A DNA stretch of 64,000 nucleotides from Octopus vulgaris. Lineage: Eukaryota. The stretch lies in contig OX597824.1 in the NCBI GenBank assembly GCA_951406725.2, positions 45,818,001 through 45,882,000 on the forward strand, in the 5' to 3' direction. Position 1 is the stretch's first letter. Each line of letters opens with the position of its first letter. Below are positions 1-13,700 of this stretch, in pieces. The notes beneath the pieces were generated by a model. It was not told the origin of the DNA and did not search any database. It saw nothing but the letters and a program-made list of their open reading frames with translations. Position numbers and translations under genes: made by a program.

Positions 1-1029
1 AGGTCTGTTTTTTTTCACATCAAGTTCTGTAAAGCTTTCTTCAATCAATACTTAACATTTTCCAAATGTTAGGACTTGACTGAGTGATTCTGAAAGTCTT
101 CAATCAAACACTAACATCATCCCAACCACACTCACAACTAAAATGACATAACATTAGCATCTGTACTTGTGTTGCATCATCTGGCCTCCTGACAAGAAGA
201 GTAATGTTTAATGCAGACAGCACAAAAGCATAGTGCTGTACCACAATGTAAAAATTGTAACACTTGTGATAGAAGTAAAGGGGTTTATAAAGGGTCAGTA
301 TCTAACAATTCAGTAACAGAATTTTTTTTTAAATAAGAAATTCCCTAAACAGAAACAATTTTATCAGTTTTTGTTTTCTTTTGTAGGTTTTAAATATTTC
401 CCCCCCATTTTAAAAAAAATCTGAACAAAACAGGAAAAAAATTTCAGTTTTACTAGAAGCAAAGGTTTAAAAAATATATTGTTAATTGCAACAAAATAAT
501 GAGAAAAAAAATACAGGTTAAATTGAAGGAAACAGATTGAAATTTAATTAAAATATATAAATGGCATTTCATAACGACAGAAGAGAAGCAACAAGAAAAT
601 ATTTGGTTTTGAAAATAAGGTGAAAAAATTAAACAAGGGTATTTAAGATGTAGAATGAAATGCTTTTGACTATTATTATCTCTTCTTTTGTTATTTTTGT
701 GTAAGTAGCATGTCATGTTGCGAGAAATATCTTAAGGAAATGGATTCTAGAAACTTAAAAGATGTATCTAGTGATAAACGAAGAGCACATGTTTAAGAGT
801 TTATTTTTATATATGTGAGTGTGTGCTTATATGCATGTGTGTGTATGAATACATGCCAGTATTTATGTCTTTAATGTATGTATGCTTTTATATGGATATA
901 TGTTTAGCTATGAGCCTTTATATGTATAAGTGTTACTTTGTGTATCTCTAGTCATATTTAAAAGCATGTGTGTGAGTGTATATGTGCATGCGTTCCCACT
1001 CAAAACATCCAGAAAATATATCAAAGCCT

Positions 1030-1182
1030 TCAGTGGGGAAATATGATATGGTATGTTAGCCATCCCATCAATATAGGTTGCAACAGAGATATGGAAAGAA
1101 TGAAGTAAAGGCTGCGTTTGCTTCCTCGGGTAAATCCATCAGAGTCTGCATGCGGCAGGATCTGGATCCTCAAAGTTTTCAC
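1030..1182 (-). CDS. YIF1B: YIF1 last coding exon ([10 protein letters not shown]...[17 protein letters not shown]). The 3'UTR runs toward the window start.
   Basis: tttacag| acceptor, TGA at 1030-1032, QP..M.WLT.H C-terminal YIF1 motif. Confidence 0.95.
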   Translation of the reverse strand: MKTLRIQILPHADSDGFTRGSKRSLYFILSISLLQPILMGWLTYHIIFPH

Positions 1183-2525
1183 CTGTAAATAGAAAGAGAA
1201 AGAGACAATGTCAAATGTGTTGTCAATTCAATCTCACTAAACACAACACATTTTCAGTGTCTCATAAGATGTCTGCCTTCATCAAAGATCCAGTATTTTT
1301 CCTACATTTTCAAGTGTGTCTTTGTGGTAAGAAGTTTGTTTCCCAACTACATGGTTCTGAGATCAATCCTAATGTGTGGCATCTTGGGTTTTATGAGTGG
1401 ATTTGATAGACAGAAATTGAAAGAAGCCTGTCATATATATCATCATCATCATTTAACGTCTGCTTTCCATACTAGCATGGGTTGGATGATTTGACTGAGG
1501 ACTAACAAACCAGATGGCTGCACCAGGCTCCAATCTGATCTGGCAGAGTTTCTACAGCTGGATGCCCTTCCTACTGCCAACCACTCCAAGAGTGTAGTGG
1601 GTGCTTTTACATGCCACCAGCACAAGGGCCAGTCAGGCGGTACTGGCAAGGCCACGCTCAAGTAGTGGTTTTTATGTGCCACCTGCACAGGAGCCAGTCC
1701 AGAGGCATTGGCAACGACCTCACTCGAATGTTTTTCACATGCCCTGAGCACAAGTGCCAGTAAGGTGACACTGGTAACAATCACATTTGAATGGTGCTTT
1801 TTATGTGCCACCAGCACAGAAGCTATTCAGCTACTCTGGCAGTGATCACACTCAGATGGTGCTCTTAGCGCACCACTGGCACAGGGGCCAGTCATTGAAT
1901 TTGCAAATTTGATTTGATTTGCCTCAACAGGTCTTCGCAAGCAGAGTTTAGAGTCCAATGAAGGAAAGGTATGCATAAGTGGGCTGGTTACACCCCTGGC
2001 ATAGGCCACTGGTTATGGTCTCACTTGGCTTGCTGGGTCTTCTCACGGACTGTAAATGACAAGTCTCAGTCACTAGTCATTGCCTCGGTGAGGCCTAATG
2101 ATCAAAGGTCGTGCTTCACCACCTCATCCTAGGTCTTCCTCTTCCACAGGTTTCCTCAACTGCTAGGGTGTGGCACTTTTTCACACAGCTATCCTCATCC
2201 CTTCTCGCCACATGCCCATATCAGCGCAGTCGCCTCTCTTGCACACCACATCTGATGCTTCTTAGGTCCAACTTTTCTCTCAAGGTACTTACATTCTGTT
2301 GAGTATGCACACTGACATTACACATCCAGCGGAGCATACTGGTTTCATTCCTTGCAAGCTAATGGATGTCCTCAGCAGCAGTCACAGCCCATGTTTCACT
2401 GCCATGTAACATGGCTGTTCGTACACAAGCGTCATACAGTCTACCTTTTACTCTGAGCGAGAGTCCCTTTGTCACCAGCAGAGGTAATAGCTCTCTGAAC
2501 TTTGCCCAGGCTATTCTTATTCTAG

Positions 2526-2562
<37 letters not shown>

Positions 2563-2912
2563 TGTATGTGTGTGTTTTTGTCCCTCACCACCATGATAAC
2601 TGGTGTTGGTGTGTTTACGTCCCCGTAACTTAGTGGTTGTTAGACTGTCAATGAACATATTTGCATGTGTGTAAGTTTATATATATATATATATAATGGT
2701 TTCAAATTTTGACACAGGGCCAGTAATTTCGGAGGAGGGGTAAGTCGATTACATCAACCCCAGTGTTTAACTGGTACTTATTTTATCAACCCCAAAAGGA
2801 CAACAGGAAAAGTGGACCTCAATGGAAATTGAACTCAGAACCTAAAAACAGAGGAAATGCTACAAGGTATTTGGCCCAGCGTGCCCAGCTAGCAATTCTA
2901 CCAGTTTGTTGC

Positions 2913-2964
<52 letters not shown>

Positions 2965-2973
2965 TACTACTAC

Positions 2974-3018
<45 letters not shown>

Positions 3019-3544
3019 CCAAGAAGTATGCTGTTGAAAATGTAAACCACAGCAGTGAGAAATAATAACCAGTTTTCTTGAATAATAATCCAGCCAATAA
3101 AATAATTATCATCCTGGAAAATAAAATGAAATGAATTATTAAATTTAATTCCTTTCAAATTTCCAATTATAACAATTCTACTTGTACTAATCATGCAATC
3201 AAATGTAATAGCTAATACACATTGCCATGATCCTTAATCCATTGAGTTGGAGGGACATTACATTTTCAAGTTAACAAGTGAAAATCAGAAAAAATTGAGC
3301 TCTTTCTTGTTCAAGCTACATCCATATGAGAGGTTGAACATCACTGTAAACCAAGGAAGCACTTGTCAATTTCTGCAGAACTGCCAAACAGAGTGCAGAA
3401 TTGTTCCTGCTCTATGGTGCTTATTCTCACCTAGGCATAATGGTACACTTGGAAGTTGGTTAATAATGACATTGATTGTTGACTTTTCAACCAGTTTCAC
3501 TCTCCTTCTCATATACATACATACATACAAATGCACGCATATAA

Positions 3545-3593
<49 letters not shown>

Positions 3594-4205
3594 TGGAGTA
3601 AGCACAAATGTGAAACAAGGTGGAAAAAAAAGAGTAATCAGATACTAGAGGTAGAGTATTATGGTTTAGTTTTGTTAACAAAACTGTCCAACAAACAGGA
3701 ACGTGAAACTCTGAGAAACAGCTTTTGTTATATTTCTGCTGCTTTTAAATAAAGTATATACATATAGCAAAATAATTGAGATTCAGATAAATTAGGTACT
3801 TAGGTTGAGGCACCAAAAGTTAGTGCAGTATTATCCGTACAATTTCAGAATAAGATGAATAAAATCAAAATATTCAACAGGATATCCAGAGGTGATGCAG
3901 TACGACCGTTTCAAGCAGTTCCATTTAATTGAACAATGCAATCATTACATCAATTTAAATGCAGAGTTATCCTCAGCTGCATAAATAAATAATTAGAGTT
4001 AATTTAGTCAGTTAGAAACATTTGTATAATTTTATTTAAATCCTCTAAGAGGGTTAGAAGACAGACAAAGTCCATGCTATTTATTTATTTAAGCAGCTGG
4101 GGATAGCTCGGCATTTAAATTGATGTAATGATTGCATTGTTCAATTAAATGGAGCCACTTCAAATGGGCATACTGCATCACCTCTGGATATCCTGTTGCT
4201 TATTT

Positions 4206-4256
<51 letters not shown>

Positions 4257-4659
4257 GACATGCCATGCTTGAGGAGTCCTATTAGTCAAGTACATCAACA
4301 TCAAAATCAAATCAAATAGAAATTGTAGTTGTGACCCGACCCCCGTGCCGGTAGCACATAAAAAGCACCATCCAAACGTGGCTGATGCCAGTGCCGCTTT
4401 GACTGGCTTCCATGCTGGTGGCATGTAAAAAGTACCATCTGATCGTGGTCGATGCCAGCTCCACTGGCCCTTGTGCCAGTGGCACATAAAAAGCACCCAC
4501 TACACTCCCAGAGTGGTTGGCGTTTGGAAGAGCATCCAACTGTTGAAACACTGCCAGATCAAATTGGAGCCTTGTGCAGCCTCCTGGCTTCCCAGACCCC
4601 AGTCAAACTGCCCAACCCATGCCAGCCTGGAAAACGGATGTTAAACGATGATGATGATG

Positions 4660-4710
<51 letters not shown>

Positions 4711-7700
4711 GTATATATATATATGTATATACATATATATATATACATTCATATTTACACATACATATATACATATACATACATACATACATATTCACAT
4801 ACACACACACATACAATTATATAATCATCACTATCGTTTTAATGTCCACTTTTCCATTATTTATGGGTCAGAGAGAATTTGTTGAGGCAGACTTTCCATG
4901 CCCAGATGCCCTTTTCATTGCCAATCCTCACCTGTTTCCAAACAAAATAAAAATTTTCCCCATGTCCAGGCATTTTTCATGGAAGATTGGAAATGAACAA
5001 CACTGCTTGCATGAGAGTGACACTCAATTAAAACTGTCAAGTGATATCAAGACACAGAGACAGACACACATGTACATACACAAATATACATCCATGTGTG
5101 TGAAAAGATCCTGAGCACTGTATATAATAAGAGAAACAAAATTAACAAAAACTTAGCAAGCTTTAAAGTAATTTATTAATGAATATTGTTTGAAAAAAAA
5201 TAACTGTTTCCTAATCACACACACACAAACCTGGGGAAGATTTTAACAGTGAAACAGAGTGTGTACACTTCACTGCAAACTGATGTCCCCAATTTAGTGA
5301 ACTGTAGGTGTCTGTGGTGGAGGATTTTTCTATTTCATCTCATGCCATCACTTCAAGTGGCACACTAATGGCACAGTCTGACATTTATCCAAGAGGGATG
5401 TTGATAATGTCAAAGAGCAGTGCTTAACTGAAATCCAAATAAATAGTTGTGTGTGTGTGTGTGTGTGTTGACTAATGCTAAAGCAATAGGAAGAACGCAC
5501 TGAAAGTGGTAAAAAGTAAAAGGACACACATGTAAAATCTAAGACCAATAAAATTTTCAAGCGATGTCTGAAGTAAAAACAATACATAAGGTCATTATTC
5601 TAAAGAGTAATTAACCCAATTGACTCAACCTCTGTATGTTACTGGTATTTGCTGTTTCATCACAATGTCCCCACTGCTATTTTAGAGGTATGAAAGAGTA
5701 AGTTGAGGCTATTTCCAGGTTGAAATAGCCTCAAGTGTTAATTAAAATATTCACTAAAGAATTTAGTTTAGTTGTCTGTTGTCTGGAAAAAAACTCACTA
5801 CTATATATGTTTGTGTGTGGGTGTATGGAAGTGACATCAGTGTTGAGTAGATCTGATTTAATGGATCATCTTTACTTTTCTGTAACAGATCACTTAAACT
5901 GGCATCAACTCTGGGATGTTATCAACCAAAGATATGCGAGTGGATTTGGTTGTCAGAAACTGAAGGAATCTGGTCATATATATATATAAAGTTAATCCAA
6001 ACATAAAAACACAACAACGCGAGGACGTGGAACAAGTATAGTATTATTGGATGCTCAGGAAAGAAGGAAAGAAGGAGGGTTTAACGTTTCAAGCGGAGCT
6101 CTTCCTCAGAAACATAGGAAAAGGAAAAATCCAAAGAAGGGAAGACAGAGGAAAAAAAAATCGCCAACAGTACACACACGGTCACATTTATAGACATATG
6201 TGTGTGTCTGACAACCAGTGCTGGTGTCTTCATGTCTCCATAACATTGCAATTTGGCAAAAGAGACTGATAGAATAAGTACTGGTGTCAACTTCAAGATG
6301 TTACTGACCAAAGTCTTGTGTGTGGATTTGGCAAAACAAAGGAAGGTAGAGGCTGAATGCTGAATTTTTCAAGAAACTTGGACATTAGATTACTTCTTCA
6401 TTGAGCACAGTAGGAACCTGATTTGTCTCCTATGTCTAGAAAGCATTACTAGCAAATATTAGGCGACATTATGAGATGCACCATGGTGAAAGAAGCTCAC
6501 TGTGTACATAAATAGGTGTGTGTGTGCGTCTGTGCGTGTGCACACATCTTTGACAACCAGCACTGGTGTGTTTATATCCCCATAACTTAATGGTTCGGCA
6601 AAAAGATACTGACAGTATAAGTAGCAGGCTGAAAAAAAAAAAGTACTGGGAGTCAATTCATTCGAGTGAAAATTCTTCTAGGTGGGACTCCAGCATGGCC
6701 ACAGTCTAATGGCTGAAACAAGTAAAACAAAAGATTATATGCAAGAAGAATCAATAATTAGTACTGAATAGCTGCTGAATCTATCTTACAAAAATCAAAC
6801 CATTTTAACCCTTTCGTTACTGCATTTATTTTGACATGCTCTGTGTCTCTCTCAATGTTTAGAGATATAACAAAGAATTTAGTAAAATAACTTAGTTATT
6901 ATTAAGCTGGTGTTAGGAACATTAATTGTGACTAAGGTTTGGTGGGAAGATTTTAATTCAAAACTTATGAAAACAAGACATTTGTACTACAGAGCCGGTT
7001 TCAGCCAGGTTGGTAATGAAAGAGTTAAATCTGGAGTAGGTCGGTAGATTGACAAGTAGAGACATACAAGATGTTTGCCTAGCCATACATGAGAGGCTTA
7101 AATAAAATTAAAAATTAAGAAACAAAGGTTGTCAACACAACTCACAAGTGTTAACAAATAGCCAACAACATCCACCCTATTAATTAAATAGTGATTTATT
7201 AGACAGGCACAAAGCCTCAGATTTATAGAGAGATGAAAAAATAAGATCATGTGATGTTTGTCTTTTATTCAAACTCATACAATGGCTACTGAAATGTGAT
7301 AAATATCATAAGGTAAATATTTTATGAAATATATAAGTACAAGGCTGTGCAGTAAGAAGCTTGCTTCACAACCACATGGTTCCAGGTTCAGTCCCACTGC
7401 ACGGCACGGCACCTTGGGCAAGTATCTTCTATAACAACCTCAGGCCAACCAAAGCTTTTTGAGTGGATTTGGTAGACAGAAATTGAAAGAAGTACATCAA
7501 ATATATATATATATATATATATATAGGTTAGTTGAGTTAGAGGTTAAAATAACCATCAAAGGGATAGAAGTATCCATTATACTACCAGTATGTTACTTAT
7601 ATTTAACCATGGGCATACACATGCAAACATTATGTTCTTAAGGTAAATATTTTTTAGTTACAGGTTATAGGTAAAGACAAGGATAAACATGGATTTATCA

Positions 7701-10700
7701 AGAATCAAAATTTAAAGAAAACAGAAATTGGAGAAGTATTGATTAACAACAATTGACTTACATCAATTATTATTTATTAATTCAATTCAAACAAACTACA
7801 TCCCATCTAACAGCTGTTTCTGCTTCCAATGTTATATGATATTGCTATTGACATTCAATATATGTAAAAATATTAATACTATTCAGTAATAAAACTGATC
7901 TGAAACAAGGAACTTCATCAGAGTGAAGAATAAATAAAGAAGAAGAGCGTAGTGAAGAAAAAGGGTAAGTTGAATATGGTTGTAATCATACCATTTTGCA
8001 TGTGTGTCTCTTTGGGCCATTAAATAAAAGACTAAAACAAAAGAGTAATTAGTGGATTGATCCTTTGTACGGGGGGTGGGGGGTGAATAAATAATAAAAA
8101 AACAAAAAATAATAGCGGGATACGCCAATAGGTTGCAGAAGGGGTGTAGACAATTAGTTCTACAAACGTAACTATTATAAATTATTATAATTAATATAAA
8201 ACCTTACTGTATCTATGCCCCTTCTCCGACTAATACCTATTGCCGTATCCCACTATTATTTTTAGTTTTTTTTTATTTATTCATCCTGTCCCCACCCTGC
8301 ACAAAGGATCAATCCACAAATTGCTATTTTGTTTGTCTTTTACTTAATGGCCCAAAGATACACACAAGCAAAATGGTACGATTACAACCATATTCAATTT
8401 TACCCTTTTTCTTCACTATGCTCTTCTTTATTTATTCTTCACTCTGATGAATCTTCTTGTTTCTGATTGGTTTTATTACCGAATATTCTATTCTTTTATT
8501 CTTTTACTTGTTTCAGTCATTTTGATTGTGGCCATGCTGGAGCACTGCCTTTAGTAGAACAAATAAGGCAACTGCAGGAGAAATATCTAGCCAAAGATGA
8601 ACCTCTGTAGAAAGCCTTTGACAGGGTCTCCAAATCCTTTATCTGGTGGTCAATGCAGAAACTAGGGATAGACGAATAGTTGGTAAGAGCTGTACAAGCC
8701 CTGTACAAGGATGTTGTCAGTAAGGTGAGGGTTGGCAACAAGTATAGTGAAGAATTCCGGGTAGAAGTAGGGGTTCACCAAGGATCAGTCCACAGCCCCC
8801 TCTTATTCATTATAGTACTTCAGGCAATAACAGAGGAGTTCAAGACAGGCTGTCCTTGGGAGCTCCTCTATGCTGATGACCTTGCTCTAATAGCCAAGTC
8901 ACTGCCAGGACTAGAGACGAAGTTTAGGGTGTGGAAGCAAGGTCTAGAATCAAAGGGCCTTAGGGTCACGCTAGTAAAAACCAAAGTCTTAGTAAGTAGG
9001 AAGGCTGTCAAATCACACACCCCTTCAGGTAGATAGCCCTGCTTGATCTGTAGAAAAGGCGTGAGTAGAAACTCTATATGACGTACCTGGTGTAAGCTAT
9101 GGACACATAAAAGGTGCTGCAATATGAAAGGAAGGTTATCCGGAAAGATAGTTTTTGTGTGTGGCAGATGCACAGGGGCAATAAACACTGAAGATGTAGA
9201 TAGCCCTGCTTGATCTGTAGAAAAGGCGTGAGTAGAAACTCTATATGACGTACCTGGTGTAAGCTATGGACACATAAAAGGTGCTGCAATATGAAAGGAA
9301 GGTTATCCGGAAAGATAGTTTTTGTGTGTGGCAGATGCACAGGGGCAATAAACACTGAAGATGTACAGAAAACAGATTCCATCACATGCCAGTGGGAGAA
9401 ACTAGAAGTAGTTGATAGCTTTCGCTACCTAGGCAACCAAGTCTGTGGTGGGGGTGATTGCTCTGAGAGTGTAACGGCTAGAATAAGAACAGCCTGGGCA
9501 AAGTTCAGCTGGCAACTAAGGGCCTCTCGTTCAGGATGAAAGGTAGACTGTATGATGCATGTGTGTGAACTGCCATCCTACACGGCAGTGAAACATGGGC
9601 CATGACTGCTGAGGACATGCGTTGGCTTGAAAGAAATGAAACTAGTATGATCCACTGGATGTGTAATGTCAGTGTGCATACACGACAGGGTGTAAGTGCC
9701 CTGAGAAAAAAGTTGGGCAAAAGAAGCATCAAATGTGGTGTGCAAGAGAGACGACTGCACTGGTATAGTTATGTGTTGTGTATGGATGAGGACAGCTGTG
9801 TGAGGAGGTGCCACTCCTTAACTATGGAAGAGGTAGACCCAGGAAGACATTGGATGAGGTGGTGAAGTGAGATCTTCGAACATTGGGCCTCAGAGAGGCA
9901 ATGACAGGAGACCAAGATCTTTGGAGATATGCTGTGATTGAGAAGATCTGGTAACTAAAGTGGGATGGCAGCCAAGCATGTCTGGCCCAGTTAGAGTATT
10001 GCTGATGTGCCTGGTGATATGATATGCTTGAGAAGACCTGTTGAGTCATGTGAAACCAGTATTGTAGCTGTGGTCAGTGTTTCCCTAGACTGGCACCTGT
10101 GCTGGTGGCACATAAAAAGCACTATCCGAATGTGACTGATGTGAGTACACCCTGACTGGCTCTTGCACTGGTGGTACGTAAAAAGCACCATCCGAATGTG
10201 GCCAATACCAGTACCCACAGACTGGCCCCTGTGCCGGTGGCATGTAAAAAGCACTATCTGAATGTGATCAATGCCAGGCCTGCCTGACTAGCTTCTGTGC
10301 CAGTGGCATGTAAAAAGCACCCACTACACTCTAGGAGTGGTTGTTGTTAGGAGGGGCATCCAGCTGTAGAAACATTGCCAGATCAGATTGGAGCCTGGTG
10401 TAGCCACCGACTCTCCAGACCTCAGTCAAACTGTACAACCCATACCAGGATAGAAAATGGATGTTAAACGATGATGATGATGTATGTGCATATGTGTGTT
10501 TGTTTCCCACCATTACTTGACAATCAGTGTTGGTGTGTGTACGCCCCATAACTTAGCACTTTGGTGAAAGAGACCGGTGGAATAAGTACCAGACTTAACA
10601 AAAAATAAGTAATGGGGTTGATTCTTTCAACTAAAACTTCTTCAATGCATTACTCTAGCATGACCGCAATCTAGTGAGTGAAACAAGTCAAACAAAAGAT

Positions 10701-13700
10701 ATTTGTTTCAGAATACTGAGAACCTCTATCATTTATCTTATAATTCATGCCTGTATCTATTTTAGTTTTATGTGCCTCTTGCTCTCTAACGAGATTGGCA
10801 AGCAAATAGATGTAGTGTCAAGACATCCCTTTAGCTGTGTTGTAGATATGGCTAACTCTTGTGTCATGAAAATATACACCCAGTATACTGTGTAGAGTCA
10901 GCATTAGAAAGGGTATCCAACCATACAAACCAAACTAACAAAAAAAAAAAAAAGATACTCAGGAGCGAAGATGAGGTCCTCTGATTCATTTAGATCAGGG
11001 GTCAGCAACCTATGGCCTGCAGGTTGGATCTGGCCCACAAGAACTGATGCCCTATGAGTTGTTTATTTAAAATTTTAATTTATTGTATTCCGAGAGAAGA
11101 GACTTTCAAATACAAAAAAAAAAAAAACTTGCTGTTACATTCTTCCACAAATCTGATTCACTCTACCTAATGTCCACCACCAACTGGGTGTGAACACTTT
11201 GACAGCAAAAACACAATAAGAAATTTGTTGCGTATGCAGGGCTCCACACATCATTTCCGCTCACAAAACACAAAAATAATAACAATAATATAATTCCAAA
11301 ACACTACTACCCAATCACCACCAAGTAAAAAATTAAACAAAAAATTAAGAGCCAACTTGAGCCTGCTGATGGACATAAAAAGACTGCCTCGAAGGGACAA
11401 TTATCTCAGTCGGCATACTGCCTTCACTCCGTCAATAGCGAAACCCCATCTCTGATTTATGAAACTGACAACAGCTTACTCCCACTGTTCACCATCGGTA
11501 ACTTACAAACACTCATTTTCCCATGCTCAAATTCTTCATTGGGTTCTGTTATATTATTACACATCTCCTCTTCTCCAACAAGAGACTTTTACTGATTTAT
11601 TGCATTTTGCAAGTAATACATTTATTGTCACTGTTTAAAATCTCATTTGTTTCTTCTTCTTGTCCTTGCCACTATATGCTTACCTATTTCTGCCTTTTTC
11701 ATCATTATCACCCACATTATACAAGCTATTAGCCATAACCAACTAGTATTATTATAATTGTAATATGAGAGATGAGGCTTTTGAATACAATAAAAGGTCT
11801 GCCATTAGAAAAATAGAATTATTTACATGTGAAATTTTTAATTTAAATTTTAATTTTATTTGTAGGAAAAAATTTTGATGACCATGAATGCAAAACGAAG
11901 AAAGGTAGATGCTTGAATGCCAAATTTTCCAAGAAACTTGGACATTAGATTACTTCTTCATTGAGCACAGTAAGAACCTGATTTGTCTCCTATGTCTAGA
12001 AAGCATTGCTAGCAAGTATTAGACAACATTATGAGATGCACCACGGTGAAAATTTTAGGACATTTACTGGACAAGCAAGGAAAGATGGAGTTGAACAGTT
12101 AAAGTCTAGTTTTGGAAAACAAACATTTTTTAAAAAACATAAAAAGCGAAAATGTGGCAAATACAATTGCCTGTTATGAAGTCTTAAAATGCATCACTGA
12201 AAAGATGAAACTTTTACAGAATATTTTTGTTGTTTTTGTAAAATCTCAGAAAATAATTAAAAATATTTTTAAAGACAGCTTATTGGCTGTGTTGGATACT
12301 GTTTGTCCAGAAAAAAGGTTTTTGTTTGAAACTATCAGCCTGTCTCTGAGGACGGTCACACAGCAGGCTGAAGAAATGTCATCAGATGTTAAAAATCAAT
12401 TAATCAATGCCTGCAGTGAATTACAATATTTTTTCAATTGCAATCAATGAGAGTACAGACTTAAGTAACACTGCACAACTTGCTGTCTTTGTGCGCAGAG
12501 TGACTTCACCTTTTCAGATCTTGGAAGAATTTATTCAGTTAATTCCTATGAAGGGAATTGTAACTGGAGCAGACATCTTTGGAGCTTTGTTGAAAACGAT
12601 ATCAGAAATGTAGTTTGATTTTTCAAAGCTAATTAGCATCACAACAGATGGTGCTCCAGCAATGGTAGGACAAAAATAAAAAAAAAATTAAAAAATGGTT
12701 TTGTTATACTACTGCAAGAACATATAGAAAGCCTTGGAATCACACATAAACTTGTTAAAATTCATTGCATTATCCATCAAGAAACATTGTGTGCCAAGTC
12801 TTTGAAATTTAAGAATGTTATGGATATTGCTGTGAAGGCCATGAATCTGCTCCTATTTCATGAATTAAATCATCATCAATTTAAATAGTTTTTACTAGAT
12901 ACCGAGGCAGAATATAGTGACTTTACTTATTTCTGAGATGTATGCTGGCTTAGCGGAGGACCAATGCTAAAAAGAGTACTTGCCTTACACAAAGAGGTGG
13001 CGATATTTCTCGCAAGCAAACGCGTAGATAGTTCACATTTTTGAGATCCTGATTGGCTTGCAACTTTGGCATTTACTGTCATTTATATTGTGGATATTGT
13101 GAATCATTTAAATAACATAAATTTACAACTTCAAGGCAAAACTCAGCTCATAAATGACATGTATAACCATATTGTTGCCTTTTGAAAAAAAGCTACAGTT
13201 GTGGGAACATTAACTTCGAAATAAAAATTATGCATATTTTCCATCATTTCAAGGAAGGAAACCACAGGATTCAGAGGTATTTATGAATTTAATCCAGGAT
13301 TTAAGAAATGAATTTGCATCACGTTTAGCTGACTTTCATCTGCATGCAAATCAGTTTAAATTGCTTGCTACACCATTTGATGTGGAGGTGAAGACAGTAT
13401 CAGAATATTTTCAAATGGAATTGATTGATATGTAGTGTGACAACTTATTGAAATCTAAATTTCATTCTAAAGATGTTCCAATGATTGACTTCTATGCAAA
13501 ATATATTTTTCCAAGTGAAGTATACGCACTTAGTGAATCATGCAAAAAAGGATGGCAAGTTTGTTTGAAAGCACTTATCAGTGTATTTTCCAAATTGAAG
13601 CAAACTAAGAACAATTTGAAAGCAAGATTAACTGATAATCATCTTGATAATATCTTGCTCTTGCCATCAACAAGTTTGAAGCCTAATATTCAGAAGCTTT

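Noticed and set aside
2359-5114. ORFs with YIYIYI / IIIII / HTHT runs (also near 35225, 38639-38983, 40518-40761, 60960-61260)
   Set aside because: Translations of (TA)n, (AAT)n and (CA)n microsatellites, not genes.
10075-10330. Regularly spaced ~60-bp repeats that look superficially like a CRISPR array
   Set aside because: These are internal tandem repeats of the RTE 3'UTR, present in every copy. The spacers are mutually similar, there are no cas genes, and the context is eukaryotic.
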